Shown here: piece by piece, positions 1 through 10,681 of the stretch
Position numbering within the stretch: position 1 is the stretch's first letter
How the letters are laid out: each line of letters starts with the position of its first letter
Notes under the pieces: generated by a model
Seen by the model: the letters and a program-made list of their open reading frames with translations, nothing else
Databases searched by the model: none
What the model was told of the DNA's origin: nothing
Made by a program: the position numbers and the translations under genes
Assembly (NCBI GenBank): GCA_037440005.1
Contig: JBBIUY010000009.1
Coordinates: 1-64,000 of the forward strand
Reading direction: 5' to 3'
Length of the DNA: 64,000 nucleotides
Origin: Armatimonadota bacterium
GTDB lineage: Bacteria; Sysuimicrobiota; Sysuimicrobiia; Sysuimicrobiales; Kaftiobacteriaceae

Positions 1-43
1 CGTTCACGTGCGGCTTCGTCCGCTCAAACTTCGGCTTGCTCAT
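1..43 (-). CDS. tuf: Elongation factor Tu, 5' end only (continues off the left edge)
   Basis: Reverse complement reads ATG AGC AAG CCG AAG TTT GAG CGG ACG AAG CCG CAC GTG AAC = MSKPKFERTKPHVN, the EF-Tu N-terminus. GAGGGAG RBS at 51-57; lies downstream of tRNA-Thr. Confidence 0.95.
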   Translation of the reverse strand, partial: MSKPKFERTKPHVN

Positions 44-119
44 CCCTGGCCTCCCTCACCGTCGGTCTGCGCCGCCTCGCCGAGAGGCCGCCCCGACGGG
101 GTCTAGCCCCTCAGCATAA

Positions 120-165
120 TGACTCGTGAGGCGGCCCGGCTTTTCCGGTCACGTCTCACGAGTCA
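120..165. other. Long stem-loop between tRNA-Thr and tuf
   Basis: TGACTCGTGAG (120-130) is the exact reverse complement of CTCACGAGTCA (155-165), with an inner CCGG/CCGG stem. Confidence 0.7.
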
Positions 166-170
166 CCCGC

Positions 171-246
171 TGGAGCCCACGACCGGACTCGAACCGGTGA
201 CCTTGTCCTTACCAAGGACACGCTCTGCCACCTGAGCTACGTGGGC
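171..246 (-). tRNA. tRNA-Thr(GGT)
   Basis: GCCCACG acceptor stem, anticodon arm TGTCC-TTGGTAA-GGACA, GGTTCGAGTCC T-arm, encoded CCA. Confidence 0.97.
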
Positions 247-260
247 GATGTCGCACCCGT

Positions 261-289
261 ATTATAGGAGGGGGGTATACCCTTGACAA
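261..289 (-). promoter_or_regulatory. Sigma70-type promoter for tRNA-Thr-tuf
   Basis: TTGTCA (289-284), 17 nt spacer, TATAAT (266-261). Confidence 0.8.
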
Positions 290-326
290 GCCCGCGCGGG
301 CGGCCGCGCGGCGGAAGGAGCGCGCC

Positions 327-389
327 GTGGACTGGGTGGGATGGCTGGTGGTCCTGCTGCTGGTGTACTTCCTGTTCGTCCGGCGGTAG
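327..389 (+). CDS. Putative 20-aa single-transmembrane peptide MDWVGWLVVLLLVYFLFVRR
   Basis: AAGGAG (315-320) 6 nt before GTG; hydrophobic core with basic C-terminus; GC-rich third positions; followed by GCCC..GGGC-TTTT. Too short for the ORF track. Confidence 0.45.
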   Translation: MDWVGWLVVLLLVYFLFVRR

Positions 390-403
390 GCCCGCGGCGG
401 GGC

Positions 404-432
404 TTTTGCGGGCCGCCAGAGCCGTCTATAAT
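404..432 (+). promoter_or_regulatory. Promoter of the tRNA-Gly-Cys-Leu cluster
   Basis: TATAAT at 427-432 with a weak -35 (TTTTGC/TTGCGG) at 404-411. Confidence 0.6.
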
Positions 433-469
433 GAAGGACGGTGCGGGTCCGGACGTCCGGGCCCGGCGG

Positions 470-544
470 GCGGGAGTAGCTCAGAGGTAGAGCGTCTCCT
501 TGCCAAGGAGAAGGCCGCGGGTTCAAGTCCCGTCTCCCGCTCCA
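470..544 (+). tRNA. tRNA-Gly(GCC)
   Basis: GCGGGAG acceptor stem, anticodon arm TCTCC-TTGCCAA-GGAGA, GGTTCAAGTCC T-arm, CCA end. Confidence 0.97.
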
Positions 545-545
545 G

Positions 546-620
546 GGCGGCGTAGCCAAGAGGCAAGGCAGAGGTCTGCAAAACCTCCATTCCCCGGTTC
601 GAATCCGGGCGCCGCCTCCA
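546..620 (+). tRNA. tRNA-Cys(GCA)
   Basis: GGCGGCG/CGCCGCC acceptor stem, GAGGT-CTGCAAA-ACCTC anticodon arm, U discriminator, CCA. Confidence 0.97.
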
Positions 621-711
621 CCCCGACCGACGACGCGGCGGGACCGGGGACCCCCGCCGGGCCGAGAGCACTCCTCCGGTCCCTGGTCCCGGGTCCGGCA
701 GCACCCCTGGC

Positions 712-800
712 GGGCGGGTGGCGAAACCGGCAAACGCGGGGGCCTTAAAAGCCTCTGGTCCGCAGGGACCCTGGGGGTTCGACTCCCTCCCCGCCCACCA
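712..800 (+). tRNA. tRNA-Leu(TAA)
   Basis: GGGCGGG/CCCGCCC acceptor stem, GGGGC-CTTAAAA-GCCTC anticodon arm, long variable arm, A discriminator, CCA. Gly-Cys-Leu order matches E. coli glyW-cysT-leuZ. Confidence 0.95.
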
Positions 801-935
801 GACCCCGAAGACATACACCCCTCGCCCTGCTCCCGCCCGGATCGCGAGCACAGCCCCCTGCCGGCGAGGTCGCTGCTTTGTGCGACTGGCGGACGTCCCG
901 TGGGTGCGGTGCAGTACTGGTGGTGTCCCGCCGGC

Positions 936-973
936 GTGCCAGGCACGGGGGCAGGAGGGCTGGGGGCGTGTTG
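936..973 (+). repeat. Solo copy of the sequence found upstream of the RAYT transposase (54165-54202)
   Basis: GTGCCAGGCACGGGGG is identical at both sites; 31 of 38 nt match without gaps. Confidence 0.55.
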
Positions 974-988
974 GCCTGAGGGCCCCGG

Positions 989-1561
989 TTACCTCCGGTT
1001 GCGGCCTTCCACGATGGCGAAGAACTCGGCCCGGGTGCGGGGATCCTCCCGGAACAGACCCCGGGTGGCGGAGGTCACCACCTTGCTGCCGGGCTTGCGG
1101 ATGCCCCGGGCGGTCATGCACAGGTGCTCGGCTTCGATCACGACCCCCGAGCCCAGGGCGTTCAGCCCGCCCTGGCAGAGGAAGTCGGCGATCTGGCTGG
1201 TCAGGCGCTCCTGGACCTGGGGCCGGCGGGCCAGGATCTCCACCAGCCGCGCCACCTTGCTGACGCCCAGGATGCGCCCCTGGGGGATGTAGCCCACGTG
1301 GGCCACGCCGTGGAAGGGCAGGAAGTGGTGCTCGCACATGGAGTAAAAGGGGATGTCGCGCACGATCACCATCTCGTGGTGGTCTTCGTCGTCAAACCAG
1401 GTCTCCAGCAGCTCCCGGGGATCTTCGGCGAGCCCCGCGAACAGCTCCTCGTACATCTCGGCGATCCTCCGGGGCGTCTCCCGCAGGCCTTCCCGGGACG
1501 GGTCCTCGCCGATGGCCACGATGATGCTCCGGACCGCGTGCTCGATGGCGGACTTGTCCAC
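989..1561 (-). CDS. folE: GTP cyclohydrolase I
   Basis: [42 protein letters not shown] motifs. Confidence 0.96.
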   Translation of the reverse strand: MDKSAIEHAVRSIIVAIGEDPSREGLRETPRRIAEMYEELFAGLAEDPRELLETWFDDEDHHEMVIVRDIPFYSMCEHHFLPFHGVAHVGYIPQGRILGVSKVARLVEILARRPQVQERLTSQIADFLCQGGLNALGSGVVIEAEHLCMTARGIRKPGSKVVTSATRGLFREDPRTRAEFFAIVEGRNRR

Positions 1562-1564
1562 GCC

Positions 1565-2764
1565 TCACCCCTCCTGCCCCGCCCCCCGGCGGGGCGCACC
1601 CGATGATCCTTCGGCCGCCGGCACAGACGCGTGACCGCAGAAGAACTCCATCATCCGGGCGACCCGCTTCATCGCCCGGACGTCGTGCACCCGCAGCATG
1701 TTGGCACCCTGGGCGATGGCGAACGCCACCGCCGCCGCCGTGCCCTCCAGCAGGTCGTCGGGCGGCAGGCCCAGCAGGTCGCGGATGTAGTCCTTGCGGG
1801 AGGTCGCCACGAAGATGGGATACCCCAGGCTGCGCAGTTCGGGCAGCCGGCGCATCAGCTCCAGGTCCCGGGCCGGGTGCTTGCCGAAGTCCAGCCCCGG
1901 ATCCACCAGGAGGCGGTCCCGGGGGACGCCGGCCGCCACCAGCTCCTCGGTACGCCGCCACAGGAACGCCGCCACCCAGTCCATCATGGAGGGCACGTCC
2001 ACGTCCCGGTAGCGCTGGCGGGGCCGGCCGTGCAGGTGCATCACCACCAGGCCGGCCCCGGCGTCCGCCACCACCTCGGCCATCCGGGGGTCGGAGGCGC
2101 CGCTGATGTCGTTGACCAGCACCGCCCCCGCCTCCAGCGCCGCCCGGGCCACCTCGGGCTTGTAGGTGTCCACGGCCACCGGGAGGTCGTAGCGGCGCGC
2201 CAGTTCCGCCACCAGGGGCGCCACCCGCCGGATCTCCTCCTCCACGGGCACCGGCGGTCCTTCCTGGGCGGTCTCGCCCCCCACCTCGATGAGGTCGGCG
2301 CCCTCGCCGACCATCTCCTCGGCCCGGGCCAGCGCCGTGTCCATGCCGAAATACCGGCCGCGGTCGTAGAACGAATCCGGGGTATTGTTGAGGATGCCGG
2401 CGATGTGCACCCGGGACGCAAAGTCCAGCCGGTGGCGGCCCAGCGCCATCACCGGCGGGGGGGCCTGGATGCGCTCCAGGGTCGCGCCCACCGCCCGCGC
2501 CACCGGCTCCGGGACGGCCGGCAGCAGGCGCCGGTACTGGGCCAGGGTGGCGGCCAGTTCGACCTGCCGGTGCGACTCCAGGGGCGGGGAGGCCGGGGCG
2601 GGCGCCGACGCCCACCCTCCCAGCCGGACCAGCTCGGCCGCCGTGTGGCGCAACTCGGAGTCGGGCGCGATCAGCCGCAGGCGCTGGAAGGACGCCTCGG
2701 GTGCGCTCCCCCGCGGCGCCAGCGGCGCCAGAGCCCACGCCCAGTACAGAGGGTGCGTCTCCAT
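1565..2764 (-). CDS. folP: Dihydropteroate synthase with an N-terminal extension of about 130 aa
   Basis: GILNNTPDSFYD, VDTYKPEVA, NDISG, DPG..FGK, SRK, LRVHDV motifs; adjacent to folE; TATACT -10 at 2796-2791. Confidence 0.93.
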   Translation of the reverse strand: METHPLYWAWALAPLAPRGSAPEASFQRLRLIAPDSELRHTAAELVRLGGWASAPAPASPPLESHRQVELAATLAQYRRLLPAVPEPVARAVGATLERIQAPPPVMALGRHRLDFASRVHIAGILNNTPDSFYDRGRYFGMDTALARAEEMVGEGADLIEVGGETAQEGPPVPVEEEIRRVAPLVAELARRYDLPVAVDTYKPEVARAALEAGAVLVNDISGASDPRMAEVVADAGAGLVVMHLHGRPRQRYRDVDVPSMMDWVAAFLWRRTEELVAAGVPRDRLLVDPGLDFGKHPARDLELMRRLPELRSLGYPIFVATSRKDYIRDLLGLPPDDLLEGTAAAVAFAIAQGANMLRVHDVRAMKRVARMMEFFCGHASVPAAEGSSGAPRRGAGQEG

Positions 2765-2838
2765 GATCCCGGCTTCCCAGGTGCTCTTTCAGTATAACCA
2801 CCGGAGGGGGTTTCCCGCCGCGCGGGGGCGCAGGTCCG

Positions 2839-3863
<1,025 letters not shown>

Positions 3864-3867
<4 letters not shown>

Positions 3868-4586
3868 CGCGCCCGACCCCGGACGGCCGCCAGCCGGGTC
3901 AGGTCCACGCCCTCCCGGAGCAGCAGGCGCCGCTTGAGCGGGACGCCTCCCCGCAGGGAATAGCCTCCCAGGCGCCCGTCGCTGCGCACCACCCGGTGGC
4001 AGGGGATGATCAGCGGGAGAGGGTTCCGGGCGCAGGCCTGTCCCACGGCCCGCGCGGCGCCGGGAAAGCCCAGGGCGCGGGCGACCTCCCGGTAGGTCCG
4101 GACCTGCCCCCGGGGAATCCTCCGCAGTTCCTCCAGCACCCGCCGCTCGAAGGGGCCCACCAGGCTCAGGTCCACGGGCCCGTCGTAGCGCCCCAGGGAC
4201 GCGCAGAAGGCCCGCAGCCGGCGGAGCAGGTCCCGGGGCGGGCGCGGGTCGCGGGTCGCCGGCAGGCCGAACCGTCGGCGCAGGTGCCGCGCGAAGGCGG
4301 CGTCGCCGGAAGCCAGGTCCACGGCGCACACGCCCCGATCCGAATAGGCCACGTACACGGTCCCCAGGAGGCCCGGCACCGAGGTGAACCGCAGCCCCCG
4401 GGGGCGCGCCGGACTCCGGGAGGCGGCGTGGGTCAGGACGAACGCGGCCAGATTGTCTTCGGTCAGAGGGGTCAGCGCCGCCGCCGGGCGCCCCCGCAGG
4501 GTGATGACCACCGGCTCGCCGGCCAGCGCGCGCCGCACGAGCTCGTTGGCGCGATTTTTCAGGTCCACCGTGTTGACCACCCGCAC
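3864..4586 (-). CDS. ogt: Fusion of a Phd/YefM-type antitoxin domain and an O6-alkylguanine-DNA alkyltransferase (Ogt)
   Basis: N-terminal MRVVNTVDLKNRANELVRRALAGEPVVITLRGRPAAALTPL matches the Phd/YefM pattern; C-terminal IPRGQVRTY..VA..AARAVG..NPLPLIIPCHRVV is the Ogt active site. GGAGG RBS at 4598-4594. Confidence 0.88.
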
Positions 4587-4631
4587 GCCGCCACCTCCCG
4601 GGCCGACCCGCGCCCGGCCCGAGCATCACAT

Positions 4632-4687
4632 GGCTATTTTTCCGGCTATGTCGCCGCCAGGGTATCCCCCGGGGGGTGTCCTGTCAA
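4632..4687 (-). promoter_or_regulatory. Promoter and candidate operator of the phd-ogt/ABC ATPase pair
   Basis: TTGACA (4687-4682), 17 nt, TACCCT (4664-4659); ATAGCC direct repeat with a 12-nt period (4649-4644, 4637-4632) just downstream. Confidence 0.6.
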
Positions 4688-4692
4688 GGGCG

Positions 4693-6576
4693 TCAGCGCA
4701 CGGCCTCGTCCCGGGCCGGGGTGTCGGGGTGGCTGCGGAGGTACTCCGCCACCTGGCGGGCCAGGCGGGGACCCAGGACCTCCGCCAGCTGCTCTTCGGT
4801 GGCCTGCCGGATCTGGCGCACCGAGCCGAAGCGGCGGATCAGCTCCCGCTTGCGCTTCTCGCCGATCCCCCGGATGTCGTCCAGGACCGAGAAGACGATC
4901 CGCCGCTCCCGCAGCTTCTGGTGGTAGGCGTGGGCGAACCGGTGGGCCTCGTCCCGCACCCGCTGCAGCAGCTGCAGCGCCTGGGACTCCCGGGGCAGGA
5001 CCAGAGGCTCGGCGCTGCCGGGGGTGAACAGATGCTCCTCCCGCTTGGCCAGCCCCACGGCCGGGACCGACACGTTGTACTCGAACAGCACCTCCAGGGC
5101 GGCGCTCAGCTGGCCGCGGCCGCCGTCGATGAGAATCAGGTCGGGCATCACCGACCACCGGACCGGGGTGGCCTCGTCGCGGTCCAGCCTCTCCTGTTCC
5201 TGCCGCCCCCGGGCAAACCGCCGCCGCAGCATCTCCTGCAGGGAGGCGTAGTCGTTGGGTCCGTCGGTCCACCGGATCCGGAAGCGCCGGTAGGCGCTCT
5301 TGAGGGGGCGCCCGCCCTCGAACACCACCAGGGACCCCACGGTCTCCCCCGCCTGGAAGTTGCTGACGTCGTAGGCCTCGATCCGGAACGGCGGGGCGTC
5401 CAGGCCCAGCACCTCCTGCAGCTCCCGCAGGGCGGCCCCCTCGGCCCCGGCCACCCGGGCCCGCTCCTGGTGGAGGAACAGGGCGGCGTTCTCCGCGGCC
5501 ATCTGCACCAGGCTGGCCCGCTCGCCCCGCTGGGGCACCACGAGGGCCACCCGGCCGCCCCGGCGCTGGACCAGCCACTGCTCGATGAGCGGGGCGTCGG
5601 CCACCGCGTCCTGCAGGACGATCTCCGGGGGCACCGACGGCGCCTCCTGGTAGTACTGGGTCAGGAAGGCGCCCAGGATCTCTCCCCGGCTCAGCCCCCG
5701 GACCCCCTCCAGCAGGAAGTGCTCCTGGCCCTGCAGCCGGCCGGCGCGCACGTAGAACATCTGCACGCACGCGGCGTTCCCCGATTGGGCCACCGCCACC
5801 ACGTCCCGGTCCAGCAGGTCCGCCCCCGCGGCCCGCTGGGGCTCGGCGATGGCCTGCAGGGCCTGCACCTGGTCTCTCAGCTGGGCCGCCCGCTCGAACT
5901 GCAGGGCCTCGGCGGCCCGCTGCATCTCCGCCCGCAGCTCCTCCACCAGGGACGCCTGCCGGCCCTCCAGGAACAGCACCGCCCGGCGGACCTGCTCGGC
6001 GTACTGCTCGGCGGTGGCCCCCCACGCCACGCACGGCGCCGTGCACAGCCCCAGGTCGTAGTCCAGGCAGGGACGGGGCAGGTCCCGGGTGATCTCGATG
6101 GCGCAGGACCGCAGCTTGAACAGCCGGCGGATGGTCCGGATGGTCCGGCGGACCAGCTTGGGCTCGTGGTACGGATAGGGGCCGAAGTAGCGCCCCCCGT
6201 CCCGCACCACCTTCCGGGTCATCAGGATCCGGGGAAACGGCTCGTGGGTGATCTTGACGTACGGGAAGGCCTTGTCGTCGGCCATCCGCACGTTGTAGGG
6301 GGGGCGGTGCTGCTTGATCAGGTTGGTCTCCAGGATCAGCGCCTCCACCTCGGTGGCGCAGGCGATCACCTCGAAGTCGGCGATCTTGCCCATGAGGTGG
6401 CGGATGCGGGGGCTGTCCACGTGGGCGCTGTCCTGGAAGTACTGGCGCACCCGGGCGCGCAGGGACGCCGCCTTGCCCACGTAGATCACCCGCCCCTGGG
6501 CGTCCCGGAGCAGGTACACCCCGGGACGGGCGGGCAGGACCTTCAGCTTTTCTTCCAGCGCCGTCGCCTCGGCCAC
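4693..6576 (-). CDS. uvrC: Excinuclease ABC subunit C
   Basis: GIY-YIG domain (PGVYL..YVGKA), Cys cluster, UVR domain, RIEAYDVSN, LIDGGRGQL, RDEAHRFA, HhH. Confidence 0.97.
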   Translation of the reverse strand: MAEATALEEKLKVLPARPGVYLLRDAQGRVIYVGKAASLRARVRQYFQDSAHVDSPRIRHLMGKIADFEVIACATEVEALILETNLIKQHRPPYNVRMADDKAFPYVKITHEPFPRILMTRKVVRDGGRYFGPYPYHEPKLVRRTIRTIRRLFKLRSCAIEITRDLPRPCLDYDLGLCTAPCVAWGATAEQYAEQVRRAVLFLEGRQASLVEELRAEMQRAAEALQFERAAQLRDQVQALQAIAEPQRAAGADLLDRDVVAVAQSGNAACVQMFYVRAGRLQGQEHFLLEGVRGLSRGEILGAFLTQYYQEAPSVPPEIVLQDAVADAPLIEQWLVQRRGGRVALVVPQRGERASLVQMAAENAALFLHQERARVAGAEGAALRELQEVLGLDAPPFRIEAYDVSNFQAGETVGSLVVFEGGRPLKSAYRRFRIRWTDGPNDYASLQEMLRRRFARGRQEQERLDRDEATPVRWSVMPDLILIDGGRGQLSAALEVLFEYNVSVPAVGLAKREEHLFTPGSAEPLVLPRESQALQLLQRVRDEAHRFAHAYHQKLRERRIVFSVLDDIRGIGEKRKRELIRRFGSVRQIRQATEEQLAEVLGPRLARQVAEYLRSHPDTPARDEAVR

Positions 6577-6583
6577 GCCGCCG

Positions 6584-7702
6584 TCACCCTGCCAGGGAGC
6601 GCACGAACTCGCCCAGGCGCCGCAGGCCTTCCTGCAGGCGGCGCCCCTCCCCCCCGTAGCCGATGCGGATGTAGCCGTCCATCTGGAAGTGGTCGCCGGG
6701 CACCACCAGCACGTCGTGGGCCTGGCGCAGCCGCTCGGCCAGTTCGGTGGAGTTGATGGCCGGCTGGTAGCGGATAAACGCCACGGCGCCCGCCCGGGGC
6801 GGGACCCACCGCACCAGCCCCCCCATCTCCTCCACCCACGCCCGCAGCACCCCCAGGTTCTCGGTGAGCACCAGGCGGGTGCGGGTGGCCAGGCGGTGGT
6901 GGGCCCGGGGGCCCAGGGCCACTCGGGCCAGGTGGTCGCTGAGGACCGAGGGAGCGATGGTGGTGTAGTCGTGGTAGCCCCACAGGGTCTGGACCATCTC
7001 CGGCGGCGCCACCACCCACCCGATCCGCAGCCCGGGCAGCCCGTAGGCCTTGGACAGCCCCCCGGTGACGATGGTCCGGGGGTAGCGGCCCCAGAAGGAC
7101 GGGGTCGGGGGGCCGTCCAGCTCCGCCCCCCGGTACACCTCGTCGGCCACCACCCACGCGCCCGCCCGGGCCGCCGCCGCGCAGACGGCGTCCATCGCCT
7201 CCGCCGACAGGACCGCCCCGGTGGGGTTGTTGGGGTTGCAGACGACGATGGCGCGGGTGCGGTCGGTGACCAGCCGGGACAGGTCGTCCGGGTCCGGCGC
7301 CCACTGGAGCGCCTCCCGCAGCCACCAGGGGCGCACCTGCGCCCCCCACGCCCGCGCCAGCTGGGGGACCTGCATGTAGGTGGGCTGCATCACCACCACC
7401 TCGTCGCCGGGCTCCACCAGCGCCCACGTGACCAGGAAGTTGGCCTCGGCGCTGCCGGTGGTGACCAGGACGTTGTCGGCCCCCGCGCCCGGGTACAGTC
7501 CGGCGATGGCCGCCCGCAGCTCGGGGCTGCCGTTGGTGTGGCCGTAGCCGATCTGCTCCCGGGCCAGGACCTCCCGGATCCACGAGTGGTCCACCAGGGC
7601 GGCCAGGGTGAGGGGGTAGACGCCGCTGTCGGCCAGGTTGAACTGGACCAACGGCTCCCAGGTGGACTGAAACCGCTCCATCTCGAAACGCTCGACCTTC
7701 AT
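6584..7702 (-). CDS. PLP-dependent aminotransferase, class I/II
   Basis: CNPNNPTG, DEVY, GLSKAYGLPGLRIGW (PLP lysine motif). Confidence 0.9.
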   Translation of the reverse strand: MKVERFEMERFQSTWEPLVQFNLADSGVYPLTLAALVDHSWIREVLAREQIGYGHTNGSPELRAAIAGLYPGAGADNVLVTTGSAEANFLVTWALVEPGDEVVVMQPTYMQVPQLARAWGAQVRPWWLREALQWAPDPDDLSRLVTDRTRAIVVCNPNNPTGAVLSAEAMDAVCAAAARAGAWVVADEVYRGAELDGPPTPSFWGRYPRTIVTGGLSKAYGLPGLRIGWVVAPPEMVQTLWGYHDYTTIAPSVLSDHLARVALGPRAHHRLATRTRLVLTENLGVLRAWVEEMGGLVRWVPPRAGAVAFIRYQPAINSTELAERLRQAHDVLVVPGDHFQMDGYIRIGYGGEGRRLQEGLRRLGEFVRSLAG

Positions 7703-7726
7703 GGGCGTCCCCCCGGCGCGGGTCGG

Positions 7727-10651
7727 TCAGCCGTTCCTCCGCGGGCGCCGGCGGCGCCCGTTGCCGGCCAGGGCCAGTTCCGGCTCGCGGGTCAACACCC
7801 GCCGGAGGAACTGGCCGGTGTAGGAGGAGGGCACCTGCGCCACCTCCTCGGGCGTCCCCTGGGCGACCACCTGCCCGCCCAGGTCGCCGCCCTCCGGCCC
7901 CAGGTCGATGATCCAGTCGGCGGTCTTGATGACGTCCAGGTGGTGCTCGATGACCACCACCGTGTTGCCGGCGTCCACCAGCCGGTGCAGGACCGCCAGC
8001 AGCCGCTCCACGTCGGCGAAGTGCAGCCCCACGGTGGGCTCGTCCAGGATGTACAGGGTGCGGCCCGTGTCCCGCCGGGACAGCTCCGCCGCCAGCTTCA
8101 CCCGCTGCGCCTCGCCCCCCGACAGGGTGGTGGCCGGCTGGCCCAGGGCGATGTAGCCCAACCCCACGTCCTCCAGGGTCTGCAGCTTGCGGCGCAGGCG
8201 CGGCACGTGCTCGAAGAACTGCAGCGCCTCGGCCACCGTCATCGCCAGCACGTCGGCGATGGTCTTGCCCTTGTAGCGCACCTCCAGGGTCTCGCGGTTG
8301 TAGCGGGTGCCCTTGCACACCTCGCAGGGGACGTACACGTCGGGCAGGAAGTGCATCTCGATGCGGACGATGCCGTCGCCCTCGCAGGCCTCGCACCGGC
8401 CGCCCCGCACGTTGAAGGAGAACCGCCCCGGCGCGTAGCCCCGCATCCGGGCGTCGGGGGTCTGGGCGAACAGGTCGCGGATCAGGTCGAAGGTCTTGGT
8501 GTAGGTGGCCGGGTTGGACCGCGGCGTGCGCCCGATGGGCGACTGGTCGATGTTGATGACCTTGTCGATGTACTCCAGCCCCTCCACCCGGTCGTGGGCG
8601 CCGGGCCGCACCCGGGCGCCGTGCAGCCGCGCCGCCGCCGCCCGGTAGAGGATCTCGTCCACCAGGGTGGACTTGCCCGATCCCGAAACGCCGGTGACGG
8701 CGATGAACAGGCCCAGGGGGAAGGCTACGTCGATGTTCTTGAGGTTGTGCTCCCGGGCCCCCCGCACCACCAGGGCGCGGCCGGTGGGGGGACGCCGGCG
8801 GGGGGGAACGGGGATGCGCCGGCGCCCGGACAGGTACTGGCCGGTGAGGGAGTCGGGGTGAGCGGCGATGTCGTCGGGAGTGCCGGTGACCACGATCCGG
8901 CCGCCCTGGGCGCCGGCCCCGGGGCCGATGTCCACCACCCAGTCGGCCGAGCGGATGGTCTCCTCGTCGTGCTCCACCACCAGGATGGTGTTGCCCAGGT
9001 CCCGCAGGCGCATCAGGGTCTCGATGAGCCGGCGGTTGTCCCGCTGGTGCAGCCCCACGCTGGGCTCGTCCAGCACGTACAGGACCCCCATCAGTCCCGA
9101 CCCGATCTGGGTGGCCAGCCGGATGCGCTGGGCCTCCCCCCCGGACAGGGTGGAGGCCGGCCGGTCCAGGGTCAGGTAGTCCAGCCCCACGTTCACCAGA
9201 AAGCCCAGCCGGGCCGTGATCTCCTTGAGCACCTGGCCGGCGATCAGCCGCTCCCGCTCCGACAGGGGCAGGGTGCGGACGAACTCCAGCGCCTGGCGCA
9301 CCGTCAGGGCGGTGAGCTCGGCGATGTTCTTGCCGCCCACCCGCACGCTGAGGGACTCGGGCTTGAGCCGCGTCCCCCGGCAGGTGGGACACGGGAGGGT
9401 GGTCATGTACTGCTCCAGCTCCTCCCGCATGTAGTCCGACTCGGTCTCCCGGTAGCGCCGCTCCAGCTGGTGGAGGACGCCCTCGAAGGGGGCGTCGTAG
9501 GTCCGCAGCATCCCCCACCGGTTGTGGTAGCGCACCCGGATGGGCTCGGGCGATCCGTGGAGCAGGACCTCGATGAACGACCGGGGCAGCCGGCGCAGCG
9601 GCGTGTGCATGTCCACCCGGTAGTGGGCGGCCAGCGACTGGAGCAGCTCGTAGTAGTAGTCGCTGGTGGACGCCGCCCACGGCACCACCGCGCCGTCGGC
9701 CAGGGACTTGTCCCAGTCCAGGATCAGGTCCGGATCGAACTCCTGCCGGAAGCCCAGCCCGGTGCAGGTGGGGCACGCCCCGTGGGGGCTGTTGAAGGAG
9801 AAGATGCGCGGCTCGATCTCGGGCAGGACCGACCCGTGCTGGGGGCAGGCGAACAGCTGGCTGAACACCAGCAGCCCCTGGGTGGGGTCGATGAGGGCCT
9901 GGGCCCGGCGGGGGGCCTCGGGGGCGGCGTCCTTGAGGACGTCCACGTACACCATCCCCTGGCCCAGCTTCAGGGCCGTCTCCACCGAGTCGGCCAGGCG
10001 GCTGCGGACGTCGGGCCGGACCACGATCCGGTCCACCACCACCTCGATCCAGTGCTTGCGGTTCTTGTCCAGGGGGATCGGCTCGCCCAGGTCGTACACC
10101 ACCCCGTCCACCCGCACCCGGGCGAACCCCTGGCGCCGCAGGTCGTCGAACAGCTGCCGGTACTCGCCCTTGCGCCCGCGCACCAGCGGGCCCAGGATCT
10201 GGATCCGCGACCCCTCGGGCAGGGCCAGGACCTGGTCCACGATCTGCTCCCGGCTCTGGCGCGCGATGGGCTGGCCGCACCGGGGGCAGTGGGGGACCCC
10301 GATGCGGGCGTACAGCAGCCGCAGGTAGTCGTAGATCTCGGTGACGGTGCCCACGGTGGACCGCGGGTTGCGGGGGGCGCCCTTCTGGTCGATGGAGACC
10401 GCCGGGGACAGCCCGTCGATGTGGTCCACGTCGGGCTTCTCCATCAGCCCCAGGAACTGGCGGGCGTAGGCCGACAGGGACTCCACGTATTTGCGCTGGC
10501 CTTCGGCGTAGATGGTGTCAAAGGCCAGCGACGACTTCCCGGAGCCGGAGATACCCGTCAGGACCACGAACTTGTCCCGGGGGATCTCCACGGTGATGTT
10601 CTTGAGGTTGTGCTCGCGGGCTCCGCGAACGATGATCCGGTCCAGCGGCAT
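7727..10651 (-). CDS. uvrA: Excinuclease ABC subunit A
   Basis: GAREHNLKN, two Walker A motifs ([18 protein letters not shown]), LSGGEAQR twice, Zn fingers. Confidence 0.98.
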   Translation of the reverse strand: MPLDRIIVRGAREHNLKNITVEIPRDKFVVLTGISGSGKSSLAFDTIYAEGQRKYVESLSAYARQFLGLMEKPDVDHIDGLSPAVSIDQKGAPRNPRSTVGTVTEIYDYLRLLYARIGVPHCPRCGQPIARQSREQIVDQVLALPEGSRIQILGPLVRGRKGEYRQLFDDLRRQGFARVRVDGVVYDLGEPIPLDKNRKHWIEVVVDRIVVRPDVRSRLADSVETALKLGQGMVYVDVLKDAAPEAPRRAQALIDPTQGLLVFSQLFACPQHGSVLPEIEPRIFSFNSPHGACPTCTGLGFRQEFDPDLILDWDKSLADGAVVPWAASTSDYYYELLQSLAAHYRVDMHTPLRRLPRSFIEVLLHGSPEPIRVRYHNRWGMLRTYDAPFEGVLHQLERRYRETESDYMREELEQYMTTLPCPTCRGTRLKPESLSVRVGGKNIAELTALTVRQALEFVRTLPLSERERLIAGQVLKEITARLGFLVNVGLDYLTLDRPASTLSGGEAQRIRLATQIGSGLMGVLYVLDEPSVGLHQRDNRRLIETLMRLRDLGNTILVVEHDEETIRSADWVVDIGPGAGAQGGRIVVTGTPDDIAAHPDSLTGQYLSGRRRIPVPPRRRPPTGRALVVRGAREHNLKNIDVAFPLGLFIAVTGVSGSGKSTLVDEILYRAAAARLHGARVRPGAHDRVEGLEYIDKVINIDQSPIGRTPRSNPATYTKTFDLIRDLFAQTPDARMRGYAPGRFSFNVRGGRCEACEGDGIVRIEMHFLPDVYVPCEVCKGTRYNRETLEVRYKGKTIADVLAMTVAEALQFFEHVPRLRRKLQTLEDVGLGYIALGQPATTLSGGEAQRVKLAAELSRRDTGRTLYILDEPTVGLHFADVERLLAVLHRLVDAGNTVVVIEHHLDVIKTADWIIDLGPEGGDLGGQVVAQGTPEEVAQVPSSYTGQFLRRVLTREPELALAGNGRRRRPRRNG

Positions 10652-10681
10652 CGGTCTCCCCCGCGCCCTCCCGCGTCGGCC

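Noticed and set aside
470..990. Genomic island integrated at the tRNA cluster or at tRNA-Leu(CAA)
   Set aside because: I found no duplicated tRNA 3' end or integrase, and the flanking genes are housekeeping.
209..1337. ORFs 209-946, 283-555, 426-1337 and 718-1263
   Set aside because: They overlap tRNA genes or folE in other frames and are low-complexity Arg/Pro/Gly translations.
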